From: Lingula anatina
Taxonomy: Eukaryota; Animalia; Brachiopoda
Direction: 5' to 3'
Length of the DNA stretch: 64,000 bases
Assembly: GCA_051362555.1 (NCBI GenBank)
Contig: CM120640.1
Span: forward strand, 30,399,967-30,463,966
The notes under the pieces are model-generated. The model saw nothing but the letters and a program-made list of their open reading frames with translations. It did no database searches and had not been told where the DNA came from. Position numbers and translations under genes: made by a program. Positions within the stretch are counted from its first letter, which is position 1. Every line of letters starts with the position of its first letter. Below, piece after piece: positions 24,000 through 37,964 of this stretch.

Positions 24000-26049
24000 A
24001 AACAAGGCAGCAAAGCCGTCAAATGTACAGACAAAAACAGAAAATAAAAATGCAGATAAACAGGTCATTTTGTCAATTTAGATGCAATAATAAATAATGC
24101 TTATAATAGCACAGTCAATCAACACTGAATTTTAATCGTGCACAACAGGTAACATGGTCAATAACAGGAGCAGATCCAGAGATATTTTCTGACAGTATTC
24201 CAAATTATCTTTGTTGATCCATCCTCCATTTTTGATAGTCTTCCAACAGAAAAAAATAGATACCCGTCAATGTAAACTTTAAAATCTGACCGTCATCTGG
24301 AAGACCCAGAAGATGGTCTCAATCCGCTGCAATAAGATTACAGTTTCAGGACAATGAGAGTTCAAATTCTTATAATGAAAATCCCAATAAGTTTCTTTCC
24401 TGTAAGTGTGAGAGGAAAAAGTGACATGGTTTTCCTTTAATGGTCACTATGGAAGCAGCTACGGCAATAGGGTTTTCTTCAATTTTGATGCAATATTACA
24501 CAATGCTTAACAGCATGTAATGACCATCAATAATAATAATAAAATAAAAGTATTATGGATATTCAGAAAATGTGACTAGCAAAAGTCTTCAAGCCCATGG
24601 AAGTTCAAAGTCACATCTTGAAAATCCCAAAATGTAAACAAGAGATAACTGTACTGAAAAGAGTTTATTTCCATTTTCAACACCTTTTTTACATAAAACA
24701 AAATAATCAATTTACTGTCATTTTTATATGATCAACTGAGAACAGTGTTGTCAAAGGAAAAATATCAAGAGAACATTTGAAATGTCCAACTTGCTCCATT
24801 CTGAGATTCTGAACTTGGTGAATGATTTAATCTGACAAACTGCAATGATATGAGTTTATTTCCATTTCTGACACTTTATTACACAATACACAATAACAGG
24901 TTTACCGCCATTTTTATATAATCAATTAACAATATTGTTAAAAAGGAGAAAATGTCAAAAGAACACTTTTAACATATCTAATTAGTCCTATAATGAGATT
25001 GTTAACATGACTAAATATTAAATCTGAAGAAAAACCACTTATATACAAAAAAGGCATAACTTCATCAAAACTTAACTGATCGAACTTATTTTCAAACTTG
25101 ATCTGTATATTATTCAGACTGATCACTGCTGTGAGTTGCGAGACAATGGGCTGATCAATTATCCTTGAAATGTGTTATCAGTGTTGCATATATGCTGAAA
25201 AAAAAGCACAACTTTTGTAATGGTTTGATCAAGCTGATTTTCAAACTCTATACCTGTATTTTAGTAAGACTGATCACTCCTGTAGGTTTCAAGACAATAG
25301 GCCTATCAGTTTTCCTTGAAATGTGTTATCAGTGTTGTACATATGCTGAAAAAAGCAAAAAAAAAAACAATATAACAATGGCCCGATCATGTCGATTTTC
25401 AAACTTGCCCTTCGTATTATCAATGTTAATCAGTTCTGTAAGTTTCAAGCCAAAAGGTAAAATGGTTCTCCACTTCTTGTCTTATCAGTGTTGCATGGAT
25501 GCTGAAAAAAGTGAAAAATAACAGCATAACTATGGAAAAAATCATGCTGATTTTCAAACTTAACCTGCGTATTATCAATATTCATCAGTTCTGTAAATTT
25601 CAAGCCAAAAGGTAAAATGGTTTTCCACTTATATCATGTAATCAGTGTTGCACATATGCTGAAAAAAGTAAAAGAACAATATAACTTATTAAATAACGGT
25701 CCTATCATGGTGATTTTTCGAATTTAACTTACGTATTAAAAATATTCATCGGTTTAAGTTTCAAGCCCAAAGGTAAAACGGTTTTCCACTTATTGTGTTA
25801 TCGGTGTTGCATATAGGATGAAAGAATGAAAAAACTTAGATAAAAATAGCCCCATCATGCTGATTTTCAAACTTGACCTGGGTATTATGAATATTCATCA
25901 GTTCTGTGAGTTTCAAGCTAAAAGGTAAAACAGTGTGCCACTTATCATGTTATCAGTGAAAGCGCATGGCAACGACGGTGACGGCAACAGCAACAGCAGA
26001 CACAGGTGACGGTTACATGTACAGACACACCTGTGTCTGTACATAAAAA
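24000..26049 (-). mobile_element. HINE family A, copy 3 (complete)
   Basis: AACAAGGCAGCAAAGCCGTCAAATGTACAGAC at one end and ATGTACAGACACACCTGTGTCTGTACATAAAAA at the other, with ~160-bp internal repeats at ~25150-25960. Confidence 0.88.
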
Positions 26050-26148
26050 TCTGAAATAAGCTTATCACTTCCCTGTTTCCAATTTAAGTGTAGTCAATTG
26101 ATATCAGAAGAGTGAGAATTAATAAAAACAAATATTTCAAAATTGCAA

Positions 26149-26382
26149 CTAGAAAAGCACTCCAAGAGCGCAGACCTCTGCCATGGCAGCAATTTTTGAT
26201 TACTTTTGATTGATTATTGATCCAGATCATCACCAATCTGTTCCTTGGCCCACCACACCACTAATCATCTGTTCCTTGGCCCACTTCTGACAGTTCCTGA
26301 AAATTTCATCAAAATCAGTCCATAACTTTTTGAGTTATGTTGATGACAGACCGACAAACAGACAAACAAACAGGGGTGAAAA
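26149..26382. mobile_element. Short HINE-like element, family C (partial second copy at ~29019-29210)
   Basis: ACTAGAAAAGCAC...GCAGACCTCTGCC terminus, GATCCAGATCA core and (GACAAACA) microsatellite. Confidence 0.6.
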
Positions 26383-26439
26383 GCATCAAATGTGATGACT
26401 TGTGTTTGTTTGGTGTGTGTGTGTGTGTGTGTTTGTGTC

Positions 26440-26774
26440 AGGGCACCTTATACAGTATATATTGGTATCTGTAAATCTCATACTACGTGAGTGATCTTTT
26501 CTTATAATAAAGATGAGAATCCTAACACACACTAAAAGCCACCTTCAACTCTGCAAGGGGCACTGCCAAAACACACATCCTCAGAGGCCCAGCTCTGAAT
26601 CATGTTATTTTGGTAAAGTGGAATTCAACTAGGGCATGAGCCGACCACCCGCAACACTGCAACCAGTCCACCCTCCCCCTTATCAGACAGGCAGTGCCAC
26701 TACTATGCCTTGTCTACCACGATCAGAGGCGAGACGCCTCTATCATACCAATCACGGAATGTCCTTTTCAGGCC

Positions 26775-26856
<82 letters not shown>

Positions 26857-27075
26857 TATCTATAAATCTCATGCTACGTAGGCGAGACACCTACCTCCTC
26901 ATCAAAGGCAATCTTTTCTCATAATAAAGGCGAGAAGCCTAACACACTCTAAAAGTCGCCTTCAACTCTGCAAGGGGCACTGTCAAAACACACATCCTCA
27001 GAGGCCCAGCTCTGAATCGTGTTATTTTGGTAAAGTGGAATTCATCTACAGCATGAGCCGACCACCCCCAACACT
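26440..27075. repeat. Direct duplication of a ~200-bp or longer block around a (TA)n microsatellite (26779-26852)
   Basis: TATTGGTATCT.TAAATCTCAT...GCATGAGCCGACCACCC occurs twice. Confidence 0.85.
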
Positions 27076-28145
27076 TAGGTCAAAGGTCAATTTCAAGTTC
27101 AGAGTTAGGTTGCCAGTATATGACTTCCTATTCAAGTTCAATAGTAAATATGGGCCTAATTCTGCCAGTTTTGGAGATGTAAGGGACTAAAATGGGTGTA
27201 TCTTTGCTAATTTTGGAATTACAGTAATGTGCCATAAAATTTGTACAGAAGAAATTAATTGAAATGACAAAAAGATTGTTTTGCTCAAAATTCATGAAAT
27301 GGTGGGTGCTGAGAAATTCCAATTTTCGAATTTCATGGAATTCTGTCATTTTTGACCCCAAGTTGTCTGTCCCTCACTAAGCCTAATGTTATCTTTTCCT
27401 GACATTCAAAAATTATGGCATATTACTGTATTTCATATTTTATTTTCACAACACGTTGCACTTTTTGAAACAGCACAACTCGTAAACCGTATGGAAAACA
27501 AAAAAATGGGCACCACTTCAAGTGTTGGGCTTGACATGCTCCACAAAATGCAAAAGAATAAGAGGTCTCTAGCATTTACAGTTCCTGAATTAGAGAGAAT
27601 TTTTAGTTTTGGCATCTTATGGCGGCTACTCCCAAGAATATGCACTGATTGACCCCAAACTCAGGAGGATGAAAGATAACCTTAAGGTTAACACCTGCCC
27701 ATAATATTATAGGCAAGGTCTGTGTAGTTTCTGAAAATCAGTAGAAATAAAAATTTTTTTGCAAAAAATTCGTTTTTTTAGAAAATTTTGGCCATATGAC
27801 CTTGAAATAAGGGTCAAAGGTCAAATCCAAGGGCATATTTGAAATCTCCACATATGACTTTTGGTCAGTCATCTGTAGAATTTTTTTCCATAATTCCTTT
27901 GTTTTGGATAACTAGCATTTAATTTTGCAAATTTTGGACAAGGGTGCATTGCAGCACCGACAAAGCCCAAAATTTACGTGGATCGAGTTGAGATTAAATG
28001 TGACCTAAATCCAAGAGATGGGTACGCAGGCTCTTGAAGTCTAGGAGGAGAAATGGTAACGGTGACTTGGCGGCAAAGCCAGCGAAATATGAGTGTCAGG
28101 ACTAAAACTATGTGTACCGCCAGCGCCTACGCTGGTGGTACAATG
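27075..28145 (-). mobile_element. HINE-like element, family B, copy 2
   Basis: Terminal hairpin GTACCGCCAGCG-CCTA-CGCTGGTGGTAC at ~28113-28141 and homology with 19050-20385. Confidence 0.7.
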
Positions 28146-31100
28146 AAAATCTGAGATAAGGTTATCACTTCACTGTTTCTAATTTAAGTGTGGTTAATTG
28201 GCAATTGATATCAGAAAAGTGAGAAATCACAAAAACAAATATTTCAATATTGCAATAAATCATTTTATCTCAAATGAAACATCAAATGTGATGACTTGTG
28301 TTTGTTTGTGTAGGAAGTGGCAAATTACCTATTATTGTCATCTGGAAAACAATATATATCCATTCAAGACCTCTCCTTACTACCAATACCTGGTGCAGAT
28401 TCCTCCTTACAGTGGGTTTCTGGAATCAGGCTGTTAGCACAAACCATTTGACAATGTCCTAAATCTTGCCACATATCAGGTATTGTACACATGGATGAGA
28501 CAGAACTGCTCTTGATGCTGTTTTTCACTGCCTGTTTTTTCTATAGGCATTAGCCATGACCAGACAGGTAGAGTCAGTCCACCAAGAAGCCTCCATGCTG
28601 CAAGGAAAGGGTTACCTGGAAAAAGGAGACAGGGTGAAGTAGTGAAGAGATGAACATTATTTTATAAAAGTCAAAGCCCTGATAGGCAACCACATCAATG
28701 TTAGAAAAAAATTAAACTATGGTGTACTGTCAAGCATTCAAAAGGGTATGGCAGAGACAAGTGGTGTGTTGAATGACCTGTCATAAGAAGTCACACTTGT
28801 GACTGCAGAGATTGATACATTTATCTATTTGCAAATTAACAAGTGATAATAAAATATCTATTAATGTTTCATGTGAAATGTGCAAAAAAAAATTAAACAA
28901 CTGTTAAACTGCGATAAGCTTTTCTGTTGACCATGTGTATTTGATGTGTAATTTTAGACAGTATATTCAAGAAAACTAAAAATTATATTGAAAATACTAA
29001 CAAATTCCATGGCTTAAAACTAGAAAAGCAGACCTTCGCCAAGGCAGCAAAGTCTCCACCCAATGCCGTTTCACTCCTAAATTTTCATTCCATAATGATT
29101 TAGTTTTTTGATTTTTGATTGATTAATGATCCGGATGACCACCAAAAACCAATTCATCTGTTCCTTGGCCCACTTCTGACAGTTCCAGAAAATTTCATAA
29201 AAACCGGTCCATGACAAATCTGGTCCAATTTACGTGAAATTTTATAAATGATGCTTAAGAACAATAAAAATCTGAGATAAGCTTATCAGTTGCCTGCATC
29301 TAATAAAAAGCATTTCTTGGACAATGTATTTGAGAAAACTGAAAATTACATTGAAATGACTGGCAAATGCCATGGCTTCTAATAGTTAAACGTTAATAAT
29401 TTAGACAAATCTGGTCCAACGTTTGTGAAATTTGTATAAATGATGCTTAAGAACAATAAAAATCTGAGATAAGCTAATCACTTCACTGTTTCTAATTTAT
29501 TAAGTCTAGTTAATTGGCAATTGATATCAGAAGAGTGAGAATTAACAAAAACAAATATTTTAATATTGCAATAAATCATTTCATCTCAAATGAAACATCA
29601 AATGTGATGACTTGTGTTTGTTTGTGTAGGAAGTGGCAAATTACCTATTACTGTCATCTGGAAAACAACATATACCCATTCAAGACTTCTCCTTACTACC
29701 AATACCAGATGCAGATTCCTCCTTACAGTGTGATCTGGAAACAGGCTGTTAACACACACCATTTGACAATGTCCTGAATCTTGCCACAGGGATTCCTGGA
29801 AAAAGGAGACGGGGTGAATTAGTGAAGAGGCAAAGTTAAACATAATTTTTTAAAAGACAGAGGCCTGACAGGCACCAGCAGCAATGTAAGAAAACTAGAC
29901 AATAAAGCTGACAAATATACAGGCACCATACAGGAAACAAGGCAGTAAAGCTGACAAATGTTCAGATGCAGAAAAGAGTGTACCAAATAATGTTTTGGCC
30001 AATTCTGATGCACTATTACATAATGCTTTAAAACAGCATAATCACTCCTACCCTCTTACATTATGAACTACAGGTATTATGGACACTGAAAAAACTAGCA
30101 AGTAATTTAGTTTCATCAGCAATAAAAGCCACTGAAAATGCTAATGTGTGAAAAATAAAATATTCAAAAAAAAAAAAGGAAAAAAAAAACAGAACAATTA
30201 CCATAAATGTAAATTGATCATGCTGGTTTTTGAAAACATTCTTTGCCAAACAAACCTACACAGTAAATTTAATGTTAAACAAAAATACGGTTTGGCAGTT
30301 ATGGGGCAAATGTCACCAAAAATGGACAAAAAAGGAACAGCATAATTACTGTAAATGATATCTCATCGTGCCAATTTCCCAAAGCAACCTGCCTCTTTAC
30401 CAAACAAAGCCACTCAAAAAATATAATGTAAAACAAAAGATTTTTTGACAGTAATAAAATTGTTTTCAACTGACTATATATTCGAGAAAAATGAAAATTA
30501 CATTGAAAATACTGGCAAATTCCATGGCTAGAAATAGTTCAAGGTTAATAATTTTGACAAATCTGCTGCAATGTTTTTGAAATTTGTAGAAATGATGCTT
30601 AAGAACAATAAAAATCTGAGATAAGCTTATCAGGTGACTGTGTGCAATGAAAGTGATTTTTCATACAATATATACAGAAAACTGAAAATTACATTGAAAA
30701 CACTGGCAAATGCCATGGCTTAAATTAGTTAAAAGTTAATAACTTTGACAAATCTGGCCCCATAATTGTGAAATTTGAAAAATGATGCTTAAGAACAATA
30801 AAAATTTGACATTAGCTGATCAGTTGACTGTGAGTAATGAAAGTAATTTTTCGGACAATATATTCCAGAAAACTAAAAATAACATTGAAATGACTGGCAA
30901 AAAATAGTTAAACTTTTATTATTTTGTCAAATCTAGTCCAACTTACGTGAAATTTGTACAACTTTAGCTTAAAAACTTTAATAATCTGAGATTAGCTTAT
31001 CAGATGGATCGATCTAAATCTGTGGGAACCCAGTCTAAGCCTTCAAATCCTATAGAACATTAAGGGAACACTTAATATTGTTTCTTAGTGCCCAAGAAAT

Positions 31101-34100
31101 AAGCGAAATGCAAATTTATAACATACAAGCCAAACTTCCCTTTCCACTATTTTTCCTTTGTCACGATGAGAAACATTTTACTTTTAAGTTCTAATCTCAA
31201 ACAAGCTACTTCTATTCATCAATGTCAAAGCTTATGAATATGTAAACATTTGAGGTGGGATAGGCCAATAAAATGATATATAAAACTCATAAATAAAGTA
31301 ACTACCATGTATTTAACAAAGAGCACCTGCTATTAATATTGAACTGTGGGCTAGCTGTGGTCCATATAGCGACTAGGTTAGGTCACACAACTCTGCCTTC
31401 TGGGAACGTTTTGAAGTCAAAATGGCGACTAGCACAAATAATGATGTTCTGATATTTTAAGAATTTATATACAATTTAAAACATTCTCAACGATAGGAAA
31501 TGCTTATAGGTATGTGTAACAAACTCATAAATGCTTGACCAAACTAACACTTTAATATAAAGGACAAGAAACTGACAGTCCACCTGCGTCAGTTCTGAAA
31601 ATTATTAAACTATGGTGCACTGCCAAGTGTCCCACCTTATATGGCAGACATCTGTGTTTTGGTAATTTAACTGTGATTGCTGAGACAGGCACAATTCTTG
31701 ATCTAAATAAAATGATCAGAACTCTGCCAAATCTGCTTGAATTTTTGTGAAATTTACACACAAATTGCCTAACACTTTTAAAAATCTGTAATATAATATG
31801 TCAGCTGCCTGATACTAGTTGACTTACATTTTGTGATGAGAAGTGAGAAAAAATAAAAAATTACTTATTAAAATTCTAAATTATGACAAATAATATTCAC
31901 ACCCCGAGAAAATGAAACAAAAAAGGTGATAATTGGTGTTTGTTTCTCAACAAAACAAAATCAACTGTTAATTTTGTGTACCACCTGCAAGCAGTCCAGT
32001 TACTGTCATGGCAATGGGTCATCCAAGGGAAGTAATGACCACTGCTCCACTTTGGGTCCAATACATTTCATCCCAAACTGACCACATCAAGCTGGTCACT
32101 AGAGAGACATGTCACAATGTATAACTGTCAAACTGTGCGTGAACTGGAATAAAGATAAACATTAATTAAATAAAACATTCAAAACAATCATCCACTGATG
32201 ATCAGAAGCAAATGAATATCCAATATTTCAGCCCACCAAGTTACATGTCCTTCAGTCACTATATATAAATAATAAAATGCACATGAAAGATATTTTAAGA
32301 TAAGTATTCATTTTGTATAACAATGTGTTGTGCATATAAGATGAAATGGTTTAGTCTAAACAATCTTTATTGTATGAAAGGTGTGGACCAAAAAAATACT
32401 TGAGACTAAAACTACAATGCACATTACAATTTAATTTAGATAAATGAAAAAAACAGTGGAATAAAAAGTAATCCACGTTTTTCAAATCACAATAAAAACC
32501 ACATGAGTCCAAAAACTGTGATAATTGGTGTTTGTTTTCTCTACAGAGGAAAAACAGAAAACCAATAACCTATTCTTACATCTAACACAAAACCAGACGT
32601 TCATTTTATGTACTACCTGCAAGAAGTCCAGTTACCTGTTTACCATGGCTGTCATGTCTCTGGCTCTTCACAACCCATTCATCCTGAAACTTGTTGTGTC
32701 TTCCACAACTGGGTGAGATGAAAGGATATTCCTGCAGCTGCCATTTCCTGTCTATTTCACACATCGGAGTTGTGGTGATTGAACTGTGATAAGTTAAAAA
32801 TGACCTTGTCTTTTGGAGGCTACTGGACACCATTGTGACTGTTGAAACTATCACAATCTCAGACTGATCACAGTTAAATCAACAGAACTCTGTCAAATCT
32901 GCTTGGATTATTTGTGGAATTTGCAAACTAACTAACTAAACACAATAACTTTAGAAATCTGGGATAACTATACCAGGTGGCCGTGCCTTATTTTGTAAGG
33001 AGTAAGATGGGAGAAGTGCAAAAAAAATTATTAAATTAAAAAAAAACACAAAATATGATCACTGTTTTGTTGATCTATAGGGGAAGGATAAGAGACAAAT
33101 TTTGTGTTACATAGCTTGTAAAACAAAACCAAGTGTTTATTTTGTGTATTACCTGCAATCAGTTCTGTTCCCATCTTGGAAATGGGTGACCTGAGGGAAG
33201 TCATGTCACTACTCCACTTTAGGTCCAATAAATTTCATCCCAAACTGACCACATCAAGCAGGCCACTACGGAGACACATGACACTGTACAACAACTGTCA
33301 AATTGTGTGTGTGAACTAGAAAAAAAAAGATAAACATTCATTAAAAATATTCAACAGTGATTCACAGCTTTCCGTTTAGAATATGTAGCGTATTTTGCTT
33401 TATTATATTCATTAACTTGGAAAATGTAACATAAACACATTTAAATATTAATTATCAAGAAACAATACACTTAACTTCACAGAGTTGGGAAAGCATGCTG
33501 CGATCCTGAATCGGCAGTTAAACAGAAACGACATGCAATCGACACTTTTGTCCAAGCTCTCCGTTTAAAATATACATTGTATTTTGCTTCATATTCATAA
33601 AGTTTGGAAAATGTAACATTAAACACAAAAAAATATATTATCAGGGAAGAGTACACTTAACTTTACATTGTACACATGGATAAAACATGGTGCTGCGTTT
33701 GGTGCTGTCTTTCACTGCCTGCTTTTTCATGGTAAGGGTACTCTAGAAAAAGAACAATATAACTGAAAAAAAAACTGAAAGTTACATTGAAAAGACTGGC
33801 GAATCCCATGACTTAAAATAGTTAAACGTTAATAATTTTGACCAATCTTGTCCAATGTTTCTGAAATCTGTACAAATGATGCTTAACAACAATAAAAATC
33901 TGTGATAATCTGATCAGTTGTCTATGTCTTTTTTTAAGCATCAAGTTTATTGGAAATTGATAACCAGAAGAGTGAGAATTCACCAAAAGAAATATTTCAA
34001 TATTGCAATGTATTATTTACTCTCAAAGAAAACAGCAAATGTGATGATTTGAGTTTGTTTGTGTAGGAGGTAGCAAAATACCTATAACTGTTATCTGGAA

Positions 34101-34759
34101 AACAATGTATACCCATACAAGACTTCTTACTATCAATGCCAGATGCAGATTACTCCTTACAATGGGTTTCCGGAATTGGTTGCTGTTAGCACAATATTTG
34201 ACAATGTCCTAAATCTTGCTACATATCATGTATTGTACACATGAATAAGATTTAGTGCTGCTCTTGGCGCTGTCTTTCACTGCCTGCTTTTTCATGGTAA
34301 GGGTACTCTAGAAAAAGAACAATATAACTGAAAAAAAACTGAAAATTACATTGAAAAGACTGGCGAATCCCATGACTTAAAATAGTTAAACGTTAATAAT
34401 TTTGTCAAATCTTGTCCAATATTTCTGAAATTTTTACAAATGATGCTAAACAACAATAAAAATCTGTGATCACTTGTCTGTGTCTATGAAAAGTATTTTC
34501 TTCGGATGATATATTTGAGAAAACTGAAAATTACACTGAAAACGCTGGCAAATTCCATGACTTAAAATAGTTAAACGTTAATAATTTTGACAAAATGTGT
34601 CCAATATTTCTGAAATTTGTTTAAATGATGCTTAACAACAACAAAAATCTGTGATAAGCTGATCAGATGACTGTGTCTAATGAAAAGTATGTTCTTTGGA
34701 TAATATATTTGAGAAAACTGAAAATTATACTGGAAACACTGGCAAATTCCATGTCTTAA

Positions 34760-36786
34760 GAGGGAAATGTACCCAAATATCACTAAAAATCATCATTTTG
34801 GGTTTTTTATGTCTAATTATTGGTTAAATGTGTATCTAACATTTAACTGAATAACCTTTTTACATTTTGAACAGAAAATATGGTGGCTTGGTCTGTGCCC
34901 AGCCTTCGTTTGCCAAGGGCCGTTGGCATGGGTAAACTCGGTGGGAGGACCTTAGCAGCATCAGTACGACTCGCCAAACAATAAAAAAGGAACGTGTCAC
35001 ACTCCCTTTTTCATAAACAGCGATTGGCAAAGCATTGCCTATTGTTCCGCTTAAGCTGTTTTGATAGTCGCTCTTGATTGTGATCACCACTAAGGAGAAT
35101 CTTTTCTGAGACATTGGATTTTCTCAAAATACACGTTTTTCCTTGAATTGCTTGTTGCTATACATGTATTTTTGATTTTCTTCTTAATATTTTGAGATAC
35201 GATAAAAAGAGAAACATTCCACTGCTTGCTACCTGTGACAGCAACCGTCAAACTATCGATCAATCTTCGACAGCAGCTCTATACAGTCGTCAGATTTTAT
35301 AGATCTATGCAACTTGGGCCTAGAAACGAGGTGCATGTTTATCAAATCTTTAACTTGACAACTAATGATTACTTGGCTCTACGATGGTGATGATGGTGAT
35401 AATTTGTGTTTTGGACTTTTTCTGAGCAAATCAATGTAAACATTTTGTCAAATACTGACTGGAATCATATACAAGATTGCTTTGAAAAGACTTGAGCCCA
35501 TATCCTAGCGTAACCTTTCATCGAGTGGCGTAAAATTTCAGTACATGTGCAAAAAAATACTAAGCAAACAGAGCTAATGATATGGCTAGACTCCTTTTTT
35601 TGCACGAACAACAGTAGGCTGAGATCACGTGAGGGCTGTATTATTTATAACATTTTGATTTTTCAGAATTATTCATTTCAGCTATGAGATATCAGCTGGA
35701 GAATAAGCCCTAGCATTTTCAACCTAAATACTGGTATACTGCAAGGTACAGTTCTAGATGCATGTATGCACTTTCAAGGCCGACATGGTTTTTTTCTTCA
35801 ATAATTATCCCAATTTCTGACAAACACAACATTACACATTTCCTCTAACAAGCCCTGCCTGCATGGTTGCATCTATTTCTTGTTGTTGATGGTCCGATCG
35901 GCGTCCTGTAACACAACCCTGTTTTTGAACCATTTTTTGCTCAGCTAATGTGGACAAGACCGCCTGCGATGATGCTATATTGTGTGCACATCCTAGAGCG
36001 CATCCCTAACACTTGCCCCAGCGTCAACTGATGTGGCCACTGATTGGTTGAGTAGTTAGAGCTTACTTGATTGCCTGTCAATCATTCTGGCAGTGCTAGC
36101 GGTAACCCCTTGAAGTTATTAACAGAAGGTGAGATTGATACAAAAATAAGATTTTCTGACATCCAAATGCATGTAAGCAAGCTAATTTCAACCGGCTATA
36201 GAGTACCTATCTTCGCGATCATCAGAACGATAGCAGGTAAAGCTGTCAACATTTTAATTTGCTATTTTGGACAATTAACCTCCCTGAAGGATTTTTGCTT
36301 TCAAGATTGACGAAATAGCATTATCGGAGCAAGTTTAACTGTCTACCTGTACACTTGAGGTAGACCAAATTCACCAAGCTTATAAAGAAAAGTATGCACT
36401 ACAAGTACGTTTTAAAAATTTTTGATTGATCCTCTCTTTTCCAATTTATTGACTTTGAAAGAGAAAATTCCTTAATATTTTGATGTAATTTCACATTTTT
36501 ATAGATAAAATCATCAATAAGTCTCTAAAGAAAAATTCCTGACTCCCTTTCGTAGTACTTTGTTCAATTGTTATAACACCATTAAAAGCATATTTATAGC
36601 TGTCCAGGTGCCTGGGAAAATCAGGTGTTTAAAAATGGTGTTTTTGTCCCATGTCACATGATGAAGTTGAAGCTGTGTTTCAAGCATAATTAATAAGATG
36701 TTTTGAAGATACATTAAATGAATGTGATAGGAATAAAAAAACTAAGACCTTTATTTTCAGAGAAAATCTCCAACTTACATCCCCCC
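34760..36786. mobile_element. 2-kb non-autonomous Kolobok-like element
   Basis: TTAA TSD (34756-34759, 36787-36790) at a CATGACTTAAAATAG site that is uninterrupted in sibling repeats. Short imperfect TIR GAGGGAAATGTA / TACATCCCCCC. Confidence 0.7.
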
Positions 36787-37499
36787 TTAAAATAGTTAGA
36801 GAGTTAACCAAAACAAATATTTCAATATTGCAATGTATTATTTACTCTCAAAAAAAAAAAAAAAAAAACAGCAAATGTGATGATTTGAGTTTGTTTGTGT
36901 AGGAGGTTGCAAATGACCTATAACTGTTATCTGGAAAACAATATATACCCATACAAGACTTCTCCTTACTTCTCCTTAATGCCAGATGCAGATTACTCCT
37001 TACAATGGGTTTCCGGAATGGGTTGCTGTTAGCACAATATTTGACAGTGTCCTAAATCTTGCCACACATCATGTATTGTACACATGGATAAGACTTAGTG
37101 CAGCTCTTGGTGGTGTCTTTGACTGCCTGCTTTTTCATGGTAAGGGTACTCTGAAAAAAGAACAAGATAACTGAAAAAACTGAAAATTACATTGAAAAGA
37201 CTGGCATATCCCATGATTAAAATAGTTAAATGTTAACAATTTTGTCAAATCTAGACCAATGTTTTTGAAAATTGTACAAATAAAGCTTAACAACTTTTGT
37301 AATCTGAGATAAACTGATCAGTTGACTGTGTCTGATGAATAGTGTTTTTTTTTTAATGGGACAATATATTTGAAAAAACTGAAAATTACACTGAAAACAC
37401 TGGCAAAGCCCATGACTTAAAATAGTTAAACATTAATTACATAATTATAATTTTGTCAAATCTAGTCCAAAATATGTTTCTGAAAATTGTACAAATTAA

Positions 37500-37836
37500 A
37501 GGGATAATAACTCTTCGTTTCGGCCAAAAAATGAATTTTCTTGGAGTAAACAACAATTTTCCCATGCTTACCAATGGTTAATGAATCCATTTTTACATTC
37601 AAAGTTAGTCCCTGGTTTTTTTCTAAAAAGTTTGGTTTTTTGTTAAAATCTCTTAAGAGATTTTAACAGAGTATAGCCATCAATGGAAGTCATGTGGTTT
37701 AAAGACAAACTCAGATATCAGAATAATAACTATAACTGCCATTTTTGTGGTAAAACAGAATATATTATATTTCTCTGAGTTATTCACAATGTTTTTATTG
37801 TGAAATATATTTCTCATGCGAAGAGTTATTAACCCT
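37500..37836. mobile_element. Kolobok-like MITE, copy 2
   Basis: Near-identical to 23210-23546; TTAA TSD; same site in the host repeat unit. Confidence 0.85.
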
Positions 37837-37964
37837 TTAAGCTTAACAACTTTTATAATATGAGATAAGCTATAATCAGTTGACTGCATGTGTCTAATGA
37901 AAAGAATCTTCCTCGGACAATATATTTGAGAAAATGAAAATTACACTGAAAACACAGGCAAATT

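Noticed and set aside
26636-26924. ORFs with YIYIYI tracts
   Set aside because: They are translations of a (TA)n microsatellite.
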